This document shows positions 28,830 to 37,717 of a stretch of 39,276 nucleotides of DNA, in pieces. The DNA is from Novosphingobium sp. (lineage in GTDB: Bacteria > Pseudomonadota > Alphaproteobacteria > Sphingomonadales > Sphingomonadaceae). The notes under the pieces are model-generated. The model was not told the origin of the DNA. It did not search any database and saw nothing but the letters and a program-made list of their open reading frames with translations. A program made the translations under genes and the position numbers. The stretch covers positions 1-39,276 of the forward strand of contig JAQVEQ010000001.1 in assembly GCA_028697875.1 (NCBI GenBank). The letters run 5' to 3'. Numbering within the stretch: position 1 is the first letter of the stretch; each line of letters opens with the position of its first letter.

Positions 28830-28857
28830 TTGACTTGATTACAACTTGTGTTGTAAT
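28830..28857 (+). promoter_or_regulatory. Sigma70-like promoter (TTGACT-N16-TGTAAT) overlapped by a perfect 8-4-8 inverted repeat operator (28838-28857)
   Basis: ATTACAAC-TTGT-GTTGTAAT in an AT-rich patch upstream of the CAR gene. Confidence 0.7.
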
Positions 28858-28899
28858 AAACAAGCGCTGCCGTTCATGGATCCAGAGTCTGGGGAGGGA

Positions 28900-28950
28900 A
28901 TGATGGCGAATACGGCGATCATCCGCCATCTCGCCGCATTGGCTCATTGA
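28900..28950 (+). other. 16-codon mini-ORF (MMANTAIIRHLAALAH) with strong RBS; leader peptide or truncated gene start
   Basis: GGGGAGGGA directly before ATGATG at 28900/28903; TGA at 28948-28950. Confidence 0.35.
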
Positions 28951-29031
28951 TCAAACACCAAGCCCCATCAGGCCGGCAAGACACGCCAATAATCAAAGGC
29001 GGGGCACAATCATGGAAGAGGATATACCGGC

Positions 29032-32000
29032 ATGAAGCACGGCGCGGAGGCAGAGGCTGCCAGCACACAGCCGCAATATGGCGTTTCCATGAGCACCCTG
29101 CCGGAACTGGTGGGCACATTGTTCGCCGAACTGTCGGCCAATGATTCCGAGTTCAAGGCCGCAGCCCCCGATCCCGCAATCAACGAGGCCAAGTGCCGGC
29201 CGGGCCTTGGCCTCGCCGAAATCGTGGCCATCTGCATGGAAAGCTATGCTGCCCGCACCGCCTTGGCCGAACGCGAGCGGCGCCTCGTAACCGATCCTGC
29301 AACCGGCAGGACCACCAGGGAAATGCTCCGCACTTTCGCGGCCACCACATATGGCGGACTGTGGGAGCGCGCCAAGGCCCTCGCCGCCGCATGGCAAGGC
29401 CTACCGGGCCGCGAGCTTCAGGCCGACGACCGCCTGTGCATCATCGGCCACGGCAGTATCGACTTCGCGACCGTCGATCTTGCCGCAATCCACAATGGCA
29501 CGGCTGTCGTGCCCTTGCAGGTCAACGCCGCGCTCACCCAGTTGCAGGCGATCTTCGACGAAGTCGAACCCGCCTGGATTGCGACCAGCCTCGCCAATCT
29601 CGAGACTGCCGTCGATCTCGTCCTGGGCGGCCACAAGCCCAAGGGCCTGCTTGTGTTCGACTACTGTGCGCACGCCGATGACGAACGCGAACGTTACGAA
29701 GCCGCAGCGGCCAGGCTTGCGGCTAATGGCTGCGCGGACCTGCTGACCACGCTCGACGCTGAAGTGGAATGCGGGCGAAGCCTGCCTCCCGCACCGTTGT
29801 TTACTGCGCCCGGAACCGGACAGCGGATGTGCACGATCTACTACACCTCGGGCAGCACAGGCCTGCCGAAGGGGGCGATGATCCCGGAATCCATGCTGAC
29901 TCCGATGTGGTGCGTCGCCCATGCCATGCCGATGATTACGGTGCTTTACATGCCGCTCAACCACACCTCTGGACGCGCTGGCCTTCACGCGACCCTCGGC
30001 TCTGGCGGGACCGCGTATTTCACGGGCAAGAGCGACCTTTCCGAACTGTTCGACGACCTCAAACAGGTTCGCCCCACCAGCTTCAGCCTCGTGCCACGCA
30101 TCTGCGAACTGATCTACCAGCACTACAAGGTCGAGTTCGAAAAGCGCCGTACCGGTACCGGCGGCGAAGAGGCGCTGAGCCAGAAACTGATGGAGGAAAT
30201 CCGCACCGGCCTGCTCGGCGGACGGCTGCTGTCGTGCAATTTCGCTTCGGCCCCGCTCGCACCCGATCTGCGCCGCTTCATCGAAGCGTGCCTCGGTTTC
30301 CCGCTGATGGACAGCTACGGCGCGACCGAAATCTCCGGCGCGATCCGCAACACACGGATCATGCGGCCGCCGATCATCGACTACAAGCTCGACGACGTGC
30401 CGGAGCTTGGTTACTTCAAGACGGACAAGCCCCACCCGCGAGGCGAACTGCTGCTCAAGACCGGCAGCATCATGCTCGGTTACTACAAGCGGCCGGACGT
30501 AACCGCCAAGGTCTTCGACGAAGAAGGCTACTACAAGACCGGCGACATCATGGCCGAGATCGGGCCGGACCAGCTCATCTATGTCGACCGCCGCAACAAT
30601 GTCCTGAAACTGGCACAGGGCGAATTCGTCGCCGTCGCCCGGCTGGAAGCGGTCTTCACCAACGGCCACCCGCTGCTGAGCCAGGTCTATCTCTACGGCA
30701 CCAGCGAACGCGCCTTTCTCGTCGGCGTGGTCGTTCCCAACCGCGACGCGCTGAAGGAAATGGGCGTGCCCGACGACGAGGCCGCGATCAAGGCTGCGCT
30801 ACGCAAGGCGATCGACGAGGTCGCCGCGGCCGAACAGCTCCATTCCTACGAAGTCCCGCGCGATTTCCTGGTCGAGCACGAACCGTTCAGCACCGAAAAC
30901 GGGCTTCTCGCCGGGATCGGCAAGTACCAGCGCCCGAAGTTCAAGGAACGCTACGGTGCATCGATGGAAGCGCTCTATGCCGGGATCGATGCCGAACGCG
31001 ACCGCGAACTTGAATCGCTGAAACAGGAAGCGGCAGGCCTGCCGGTGTTGGAAGTCGTCTGCCGCGCAGTGGCGGCGACGCTTGGTTTTGAAACCGATGA
31101 CGTGGCGGCCGACCGCACGTTCGGCGACCTTGGCGGGGATTCGCTTTCCGCCCTGTCGCTCTCGCTGCTGCTCGAAGAAATGTTTTCAACCGAGGTGCCA
31201 GTTTCGCTCATCAACGGTCCGACCGGCACATTGGCCTCGCTCGCCGCCCATGTCGAACAGGCACGCGACGGCGGCTCGGCCCGTCCAACCTTCGCCACGG
31301 TCCACCCCGGCGGCGCCGAGGATATCCGCGCCGGCGACCTCACGCTCGACAAGTTCCTCGATGCGCAAACACTGGCCGATGCCGCCCACGCGCTGCCCCC
31401 GGCGCGGGATGTGCGCACCGTGCTGGTGACCGGCGCCAACGGCTTCCTTGGCCGCTTCCTGTGCCTAGCATGGCTCGAGCGCATGGCCGAGGTGGACGGC
31501 AAGGTCGTCTGCGTTGCGCGCGGGCGGGACGATGCCGCGGCACGGGCTCGCATCGCCGAAGTGTTCGACAGTGGCGATGCCGGTCTCAAACGCCACTTCG
31601 ACACGCTTGCCGCCGGGCATCTCGAAGTACTCGCAGGCGACCTGGCGGAACCGTCGATGGGGCTCGCTCCCAGCGATTGGGAGCGGTTGGCGCAGGAGGT
31701 GGACCTGATCGTCCACCCCGCCGCCTTCGTGAACCACGTGCTGCCCTATGCCCAGCTGTTCGGGCCGAACGTGGTCGGCACGGCGGAGATCGTCCGGCTG
31801 GCGGTGACGCACCGGCTGAAACCGGTGACCAATATCTCGACCATGGCCGCAGCTTACGGCGCCAACGGCGTGATCGGCGAGGATGCCGATATTCGCCAGG
31901 CGATCCCGACCCAGGCGCAGGACGAACAGCGCTATGCCGCCGGCTACGCGATCAGCAAGTGGGCGGGTGAAGTCCTGTTACACGAGGCGAACGAGCAGTT

Positions 32001-32583
32001 CGGCCTGCCGGTCGCGACCTTCCGCTCGGACATGATCCTCGCTCACAGCAGCTATCGCGGACAAATGAACCTGCCCGACATGTTCACCCGCTGGTTGCTG
32101 AGCATCGTGGTGACGGGGCTCGCGCCCAGGTCGTTCTATGCCGGCGAGGGCAATCCGCACTATTCGGGCCTGCCGGTGGACTTCCTTGCCGAGGCCGTGG
32201 CCACACTTGGCGGGCAGGTGCGTGAAGGCTACCACACCTTCCACATGCTCAACCCGCACGACGACGGGATATCGCTGGACAGTTTCGTCGACTGGCTCAT
32301 CGAAGCGGGCGAACCGATCCGGCGGATCGACGACTACGACGATTGGCTGGACCGCTTCAGCACCGCCCTGCGCGCCCTGCCCGAGAACCAGCGCCAGCAC
32401 ACCTCGCTGCCATTGATCCACCAGTTCGCCCGGCCGATGCCTGCCGCGCTATCGACATACTTCGACGCTTCGCGCTTCGAGGCAGCAGTCGGGGCAGCGG
32501 ACACGCTGGACGGCATCCCGCATCTGACGCCCGGCTACATCGCCAAGTGCATCACCGATGTAAGAAATGCCGGGCTGGCCTAG
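29032..32583 (+). CDS. car: Carboxylic acid reductase (adenylation - carrier protein - thioester reductase), actinobacterial type
   Basis: N-terminal …LVTDPATGRTT…TTYGGLW, YTSGSTGLPKGAM, DVPELGYFKTDKPHPRGEL, YVDRRNNVLKLAQGEFV, LGGDSLSAL (phosphopantetheine Ser704, codon 31141-43), TGANGFLG, GYAISKWAGEVLL, FRSDMILAH. RBS GAGGA. Confidence 0.93.
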   Translation: MKHGAEAEAASTQPQYGVSMSTLPELVGTLFAELSANDSEFKAAAPDPAINEAKCRPGLGLAEIVAICMESYAARTALAERERRLVTDPATGRTTREMLRTFAATTYGGLWERAKALAAAWQGLPGRELQADDRLCIIGHGSIDFATVDLAAIHNGTAVVPLQVNAALTQLQAIFDEVEPAWIATSLANLETAVDLVLGGHKPKGLLVFDYCAHADDERERYEAAAARLAANGCADLLTTLDAEVECGRSLPPAPLFTAPGTGQRMCTIYYTSGSTGLPKGAMIPESMLTPMWCVAHAMPMITVLYMPLNHTSGRAGLHATLGSGGTAYFTGKSDLSELFDDLKQVRPTSFSLVPRICELIYQHYKVEFEKRRTGTGGEEALSQKLMEEIRTGLLGGRLLSCNFASAPLAPDLRRFIEACLGFPLMDSYGATEISGAIRNTRIMRPPIIDYKLDDVPELGYFKTDKPHPRGELLLKTGSIMLGYYKRPDVTAKVFDEEGYYKTGDIMAEIGPDQLIYVDRRNNVLKLAQGEFVAVARLEAVFTNGHPLLSQVYLYGTSERAFLVGVVVPNRDALKEMGVPDDEAAIKAALRKAIDEVAAAEQLHSYEVPRDFLVEHEPFSTENGLLAGIGKYQRPKFKERYGASMEALYAGIDAERDRELESLKQEAAGLPVLEVVCRAVAATLGFETDDVAADRTFGDLGGDSLSALSLSLLLEEMFSTEVPVSLINGPTGTLASLAAHVEQARDGGSARPTFATVHPGGAEDIRAGDLTLDKFLDAQTLADAAHALPPARDVRTVLVTGANGFLGRFLCLAWLERMAEVDGKVVCVARGRDDAAARARIAEVFDSGDAGLKRHFDTLAAGHLEVLAGDLAEPSMGLAPSDWERLAQEVDLIVHPAAFVNHVLPYAQLFGPNVVGTAEIVRLAVTHRLKPVTNISTMAAAYGANGVIGEDADIRQAIPTQAQDEQRYAAGYAISKWAGEVLLHEANEQFGLPVATFRSDMILAHSSYRGQMNLPDMFTRWLLSIVVTGLAPRSFYAGEGNPHYSGLPVDFLAEAVATLGGQVREGYHTFHMLNPHDDGISLDSFVDWLIEAGEPIRRIDDYDDWLDRFSTALRALPENQRQHTSLPLIHQFARPMPAALSTYFDASRFEAAVGAADTLDGIPHLTPGYIAKCITDVRNAGLA

Positions 32584-32965
32584 ACTGCGCCAGCCCGCCA
32601 TGCCTGCACTCCGCCGAGGAATATGCCGACCGCGCGAGCGACATGGCGTTCGGTTTCCGAAGCCGCCGGCATCGCCTTGCGGTAGGAAACATTTAACTGC
32701 GCCGGGAGCGACGGTTGAGCGCGGCTCCCGCAGGTGCTGTCAGAAGGATGGCCGACCCAAGGCGGAGCTGCTGGCCGAGATGGATGAACGCAGCCAAAAA
32801 CCCCTACCGCTATTTTCGTTCACACTCGGTCCGTGGCACCATGGCAGACGCACTCAAAAAACGAGGCTTGGCGATCACCTCGCAGAAGATCGATAGTATG
32901 CGCCGCTACCATGCGAGCATGCCCGCATGCAGGTAGGCAATTGCGAACTCTGGCGAACAGGGAAA

Positions 32966-33041
32966 TGGTGCCCAGGGGCGGAATCGAACCACCGACACTG
33001 CGATTTTCAGTCGCATGCTCTACCAACTGAGCTACCTGGGC
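32966..33041 (-). tRNA. tRNA-Phe (GAA)
   Basis: Reverse complement GCCCAGGTAGCTCAGTTGGTAGAGCATGCGACTGAAAATCGCAGTGTCGGTGGTTCGATTCCGCCCCTGGGCACCA: 76 nt, GAA anticodon, encoded CCA. Confidence 0.97.
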
Positions 33042-33091
33042 ATTCGCTTCGGCAAGGACCCTGTGCGGACCCGCGAGCGGTTGGAAGCGCG

Positions 33092-33120
33092 CCTATGGCG
33101 TGACGCGCGCGGCTTGGCAA
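33092..33120 (-). promoter_or_regulatory. Putative sigma70 promoter of tRNA-Phe
   Basis: Minus strand TTGCCA-N17-CATAGG followed by a GC-rich discriminator. Confidence 0.45.
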
Positions 33121-33127
33121 GGGGGAA

Positions 33128-33304
33128 TCAGCCTTCCCGGTCGAGATCGTCCGGCGAGGCCGGAGGGCCGGGCAGGGCATAGCCGTCGTTGAACCACTGG
33201 GCGAGGTCGCGGTCGCGGCAGCGGGTCGAGCAGAACGGCGCGTACTGCTCCACGCGGGGCTTGCCGCAGATCGGGCACTTCTTCGGTTTCGGCTTGTCGC
33301 TCAT
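33128..33304 (-). CDS. yacG: DNA gyrase inhibitor YacG
   Basis: CPICGKP…PFCSTRCRDRDL.QW. ATGA overlap with the upstream gene. Confidence 0.92.
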   Translation of the reverse strand: MSDKPKPKKCPICGKPRVEQYAPFCSTRCRDRDLAQWFNDGYALPGPPASPDDLDREG

Positions 33305-34275
33305 AGCGGCACGGCCTGCGCGAAGCCGGCTTCCAGCGCAAGGGCGGGATCGGTTTCCACACGGATTTCGCGGCCCGTGCGGCGGGCGAGTTCGGCCAGC
33401 CAGGCGTCTTCGAGCTTTGCTTTCACGCCCGGATGGCAAGTGAGGAGGATCGCGCCCGGATCGGCGATTCCCTCGGCCTGGCGCAGCAGCAGGCGTGCTG
33501 CCGCACCCGTGCGGTTGCGGGCGAGGCGCTGGAGGATCGAGGGACGTTCCAGCCGGGAGACGATCTGGACGAAGCCGAAGCCGTTCATGGCCGTGCGTTC
33601 GTGCGGCCAGTTGGACAGCGCCTCATCCAGCGCGGCGTCCACCGCGTGCCGGTCGGCCTTGTCGGACAGGGTCGGAAAGTCGATTCCCGCCGAACCGCCG
33701 ATGTCGAGCCGCTGGAGCGCGGCGGCGATCGCGGGCACGGCGGCAAGGGCCAGCTGGCGCGGGGGTAACGTTCCGTCGATGTCGATCAGAGTCATCGCGG
33801 GGGTAGGGGACAGGTGCAGCGTGCCGCCGTCGAAAGCCACGGTGCGGGTGAAGGCTTCGCCTGTCAGGTCTTCCCAGCCCGGCACGGGAAAGCGGCGGAC
33901 GCGTTTCACGCCGTGGCCTTCGGCCTCCAGCGCGGCGGCGAGGCCGGGCGCGGGGCAGGGCGGCTTGGGCGTGGGGCGGGCCTGGGCGAGCTTGGTGCGG
34001 CCTGCTTCCCCGATCGCGGCGCGGGTCACTTCCAGCCGGATCGCCGCGCCTTCGCTGGCCTGTTTGGGCAGGCGGCCGACCAGTGCTTCCTCCCCGCTGG
34101 CGAAGCGCGCGGTGCCGCGCGCACTGCCTGCCGCCCGAGAGACGAGCCGCGCGTCCTCGACCTGTCCGGCGGTAAGCGCCCCGGGCCAGTGGAGCCGTGC
34201 GGCAACGATTTCACCGTTGGCGGCCCGGATCGCGCGCTGTTCGCCGATCCCGTCCTCCACCAGCCACTCAGCCAA
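33301..34275 (-). CDS. Ribonuclease E/G-family-like protein (short sphingomonad type)
   Basis: TPAMTLIDIDG, IGGSAGIDFP, TAMNGFGFVQIV. Sits in the infA-maf-rng-yacG order; TTG start overlapping the maf stop. Confidence 0.75.
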   Translation of the reverse strand: MAEWLVEDGIGEQRAIRAANGEIVAARLHWPGALTAGQVEDARLVSRAAGSARGTARFASGEEALVGRLPKQASEGAAIRLEVTRAAIGEAGRTKLAQARPTPKPPCPAPGLAAALEAEGHGVKRVRRFPVPGWEDLTGEAFTRTVAFDGGTLHLSPTPAMTLIDIDGTLPPRQLALAAVPAIAAALQRLDIGGSAGIDFPTLSDKADRHAVDAALDEALSNWPHERTAMNGFGFVQIVSRLERPSILQRLARNRTGAAARLLLRQAEGIADPGAILLTCHPGVKAKLEDAWLAELARRTGREIRVETDPALALEAGFAQAVPL

Positions 34276-34843
34276 GGGGGAACCCTGCCGCTTTGAGCAG
34301 CGCCCGGGTTTCGAACAGGGGCAAGCCGACGACGCCGGAATGGCTGCCCTGGATCCATGCGACCAGCCCTTCGGCCGAGCCCTGGATGGCATAGCCGCCC
34401 GCCTTGCCGTGCCATTCGCCGCCGGCGATGTAGGCGTCGATCTCTTCGCGCGAGAGGTGCTTGAAGCGGACGAGCGTTTCGCTCAGCCGTTCGCGGATCG
34501 TCCCGCCGGGCGCGCGCAGGGCCACGGCGGACAGGACCCGGTGGCGGCGGCCGGAAAGCAGGGCGAGGCATTGGCGGGCCGTCGCCTCGTCTTCCGCCTT
34601 GGGCAGGATGCGCCGTCCGCAAGCGACAACCGTGTCCCCTGCCAGGACGAATGCGGTATCGTCTGCGGCGGCCTCGGCCTTTTCACGCGCCATGCGCTGG
34701 GCGTAGACGCGGGGCAGTTCGCCCTTGCGCGGGCTCTCGTCGATGTCCGCGCCGCCGGCGCGCGCAGGCTCGATCCCCAGCCGCGCGATCAGTTCGCGCC
34801 GCCGGGGGCTTGCCGATGCGAGAATGAGTTGGGGTGCCGTCAC
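34268..34843 (-). CDS. maf: Maf-family nucleoside triphosphate pyrophosphatase
   Basis: LILASASPRRREL, IDES, GDTVV, LPKA, KAGGYAIQG, VVGLP. Confidence 0.93.
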   Translation of the reverse strand: MTAPQLILASASPRRRELIARLGIEPARAGGADIDESPRKGELPRVYAQRMAREKAEAAADDTAFVLAGDTVVACGRRILPKAEDEATARQCLALLSGRRHRVLSAVALRAPGGTIRERLSETLVRFKHLSREEIDAYIAGGEWHGKAGGYAIQGSAEGLVAWIQGSHSGVVGLPLFETRALLKAAGFPLG

Positions 34844-34852
34844 CCGCCAGCC

Positions 34853-35098
34853 TTATTGCGGGCCGGGGCCACCGCGTCCGGGCATGAAGCGATAGGTAAT
34901 GCGGCCCTTGGTCAGGTCATAGGGGGTCAGTTCGACCAGCACTTCGTCGCCCACCAGCACGCGGATGCGGTTCTTGCGCATTTTTCCTGCCGTGTGACCG
35001 AGGATTTCATGGCCGTTTTCGAGCTCGACCCGGAACATCGCGTTAGGCAGCAATTCCACCACCTTGCCGCGCATTTCGAGGAGTTCTTCTTTCGCCAT
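34853..35098 (-). CDS. infA: Translation initiation factor IF-1
   Basis: [30 protein letters not shown]…[14 protein letters not shown]…[13 protein letters not shown]. Confidence 0.98.
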   Translation of the reverse strand: MAKEELLEMRGKVVELLPNAMFRVELENGHEILGHTAGKMRKNRIRVLVGDEVLVELTPYDLTKGRITYRFMPGRGGPGPQ

Positions 35099-35320
35099 GG
35101 GCGGTTAAATTCCGTGTCCGATGTTTGTCATGGAGGCGCGCCATAACGGCGGAACCGGCAAAAAGCAAAGGAAAGCCGCACTCTCGGCCGGTTCAGGCCC
35201 ATGTCATCAAGACGGAGCGACAATCTGTTACCCGGTCCCGGCTTGTATGTCGCGGGCGGACGGGCCAGTTAGTCCGCCGGAACAGGGGCTTGGGAAGTCG
35301 GTCGGTCGAAGGATTACCAG

Positions 35321-37717
35321 TTGCGTTTCGTTGCCTTGCCTTTCCTCGCACTTGTCCCCGCCGCGCCCGCGCTGGCGCAGTCCGCCGCTGCCGGCACGGG
35401 GGCGGAAACCCCGGAAGAGATCGTGGTGATCGCCGGCCGTTATCGCGGATCGGTCGATGCCCCGCAGCCGCCGGTGCTCGAACTGGACGAGGCGGACATC
35501 GCCTCCTACGGCGCCGGGTCGCTGGAGGAACTGCTGGACGCGATCTCGCCCCAGGTGTCGTCGGGGCGCGGCAGGGGCGGGGGGCACCCCGTCATCCTGG
35601 TCAACGGGCAGCGGGTTTCCAGCTTCCGCGAATTGCGCAATTACCCGCCCGAGGCGATCCGCAAGGTCGAAGTCCTGCCCGAGGAAGTGGCCCTGCGGTT
35701 CGGCTATCCGGCGGACCAGCGGGTGGTCAATTTCATCCTCAAGGACAAGTTCTCCAGCCGCAAGATCGCCGGGGAGTACAATATTCCCACGCGCGGCGGC
35801 TTTGCCGAGAGCGAGCTGGAGGCCGCGCTCCTGACAGTTGCCGGGCCGAACCGCCTCAGTCTCAATGTCCAGGTGGACGACACTTCGCTGCTGACCGAGG
35901 CGGAGCGCGGCGTGCGCCAATCGGCGAGCAACATTCCCACTGTCGCGGGCGATCCCGATCCGGCGCGCTACCGTTCGCTGGTGGCGGACAGCCGCGAGTT
36001 GAAAGCGGACGGGGCGTGGTCGCGCGGGCTGGGCGAAGACGGGCTGGACGGCCTGATCGGCGTGAACGGCAGCTTCACCCGCACCGATGCCCGTTCGCTC
36101 GCCGGGCTCGACATGGTGACGCTGACCGCGCCCGGCGGGGCAAGCGCGCGGCGCAGCCTGCCCGGCTCCCTGACCCGCACGGCCCGGACCGATACGTTCC
36201 AGGGCGGGGTGACGCTGAACAAGCCGCTGGGCGCCTGGCAGTTCACTGCTACGCTCGATGGCAGCCATGCCGAAACCACGACGCGGATCGACCGCCGCGC
36301 CGATACGAGCGGGCTGGTCGCCGATGCCGCCGCCGGGCTCTTGGCGATCGACGGGCCGCTGCCCGTTTTGCCCGATGCCGGGCGGGACGAGGCGGATGCG
36401 ACCAGCAACGCGCTGTCGGCCAAGCTGACCCTGGCCGGGAGCCCGCTGCGCCTTCCGGCGGGGGAAAGCGCGCTGACCCTGTCGGCCGGTTACGATTATA
36501 CCGGGCTCGACAGCCGCGACAGCCGGCTCGACGGCAGGACCAGCCTCAAGCGGAACGGCCTTGCTGCTGGCGTCAATCTCGGCCTGCCGCTGACGAGCCG
36601 CAAGGAAGGCGTGCTGGACGCGATCGGCGATCTTTCGCTCAGTTTCGGGGGCGGGATCGACAAGCTGTCGGATTTCGGCACCCTGGCCAACTGGAATGCG
36701 GGGCTGACCTGGTCGCCGGTGAAAAGCCTGACCTTGCAGGCGAGCTATCTCGCGGAAGAGGCAGCGCCCGATCTGACCGATCTCGGCAATCCGCAAGTGC
36801 TGACGCTGAACGTGCCGGTCTACGATTTCACGCGCGGGGAAACGGCGCTGGTCACGGTCGTTACGGGCGGCAATCCGGCGCTGGCGAAGGAAAAACGGCG
36901 CGATATCAAGCTCTCTGCCGATTGGGACCTGCCTTTCCTGCGCCGTTCGAGCCTGATGCTCGAATATTTCCGCAACCGGTCGGACAACGTCACGTCCTCT
37001 TTCCCGGTCCTGACCCCGGCGATCGAAGCGGCCTTCCCCGGCCGGGTGACGCGCGATGCCTCGGGCACGCTGATCGCACTCGACCGGCGCCCGGTGACGT
37101 TCTCCAGCACGGAAAGCAGCCGGTTGCGTTATGGTCTCAACCTGTCGGGTACTATCGGCAAAGCCTCGGCCGGCGAAAGGAATGGCCATGGCGGCGGCGG
37201 CCCGGCGGCGATGCTGGGCGGGGGCGGTTCGGGGCAGGGGCGCTGGAGCCTCAACCTCTATCATACGGTGCGCTTCGACGAGAAAGTGACCGTGGCCCCG
37301 GGCGGGCCGGTGCTCGACCTGCTCCATGGCGGCGCGCTGACCGATGGCGGGGTGGCGCGCCACGAAGTGGAACTGGAAGGCGGCGCCTATTACCGGGGCT
37401 TCGGACTGAGGGCGAAAGGGGCCTACACCGCGCCCGTCCATGTCAGGGGCAGCGGCGCACCCGGCAGCTCCGACTTGCGGTTCGGCAGCACTTTCGTGCT
37501 CAACCTGCGGTTGTTCGTCAATTTCGGACAGCAGGAAAAGCTGGTCGAGAAATCGCCCTTTTTCAAAGGGTTGCGGCTGGCGTTCCAGTTCGACAACCTC
37601 TTCGATTCCCGCCAGCGCGTAACCGACGAAAGCGGCGCGGTGCCGCTGGGCTACCAGGCCGACTACCGCGACCCGCGCGGACGCTTCGTGGGCATCGACC
37701 TGAGGAAGATGTTCTGA
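35321..37717 (+). CDS. TonB-dependent-receptor-like outer membrane beta-barrel protein
   Basis: Signal peptide (APALA/Q), TonB-box-like EEIVVIA, plug-like VILVNGQR…VEVLP…VVNFILK, GGNPALAKE, DNLFD, C-terminal Phe. Confidence 0.8.
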   Translation: MRFVALPFLALVPAAPALAQSAAAGTGAETPEEIVVIAGRYRGSVDAPQPPVLELDEADIASYGAGSLEELLDAISPQVSSGRGRGGGHPVILVNGQRVSSFRELRNYPPEAIRKVEVLPEEVALRFGYPADQRVVNFILKDKFSSRKIAGEYNIPTRGGFAESELEAALLTVAGPNRLSLNVQVDDTSLLTEAERGVRQSASNIPTVAGDPDPARYRSLVADSRELKADGAWSRGLGEDGLDGLIGVNGSFTRTDARSLAGLDMVTLTAPGGASARRSLPGSLTRTARTDTFQGGVTLNKPLGAWQFTATLDGSHAETTTRIDRRADTSGLVADAAAGLLAIDGPLPVLPDAGRDEADATSNALSAKLTLAGSPLRLPAGESALTLSAGYDYTGLDSRDSRLDGRTSLKRNGLAAGVNLGLPLTSRKEGVLDAIGDLSLSFGGGIDKLSDFGTLANWNAGLTWSPVKSLTLQASYLAEEAAPDLTDLGNPQVLTLNVPVYDFTRGETALVTVVTGGNPALAKEKRRDIKLSADWDLPFLRRSSLMLEYFRNRSDNVTSSFPVLTPAIEAAFPGRVTRDASGTLIALDRRPVTFSSTESSRLRYGLNLSGTIGKASAGERNGHGGGGPAAMLGGGGSGQGRWSLNLYHTVRFDEKVTVAPGGPVLDLLHGGALTDGGVARHEVELEGGAYYRGFGLRAKGAYTAPVHVRGSGAPGSSDLRFGSTFVLNLRLFVNFGQQEKLVEKSPFFKGLRLAFQFDNLFDSRQRVTDESGAVPLGYQADYRDPRGRFVGIDLRKMF

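Noticed and set aside
29032-32583. car as part of an NRPS biosynthetic cluster
   Set aside because: No condensation domain, tailoring enzymes or exporter nearby; the motifs match stand-alone CARs.
32567-33030. Short ORFs between car and tRNA-Phe
   Set aside because: No recognisable motifs or RBS; two of them overlap the tRNA.
35201-35231. Possible Pho box upstream of the TonB-dependent receptor (ATGTCAT … CTGTTAC)
   Set aside because: Half-sites are 24 bp apart, out of the 11-bp phase, and the intervening unit does not match.
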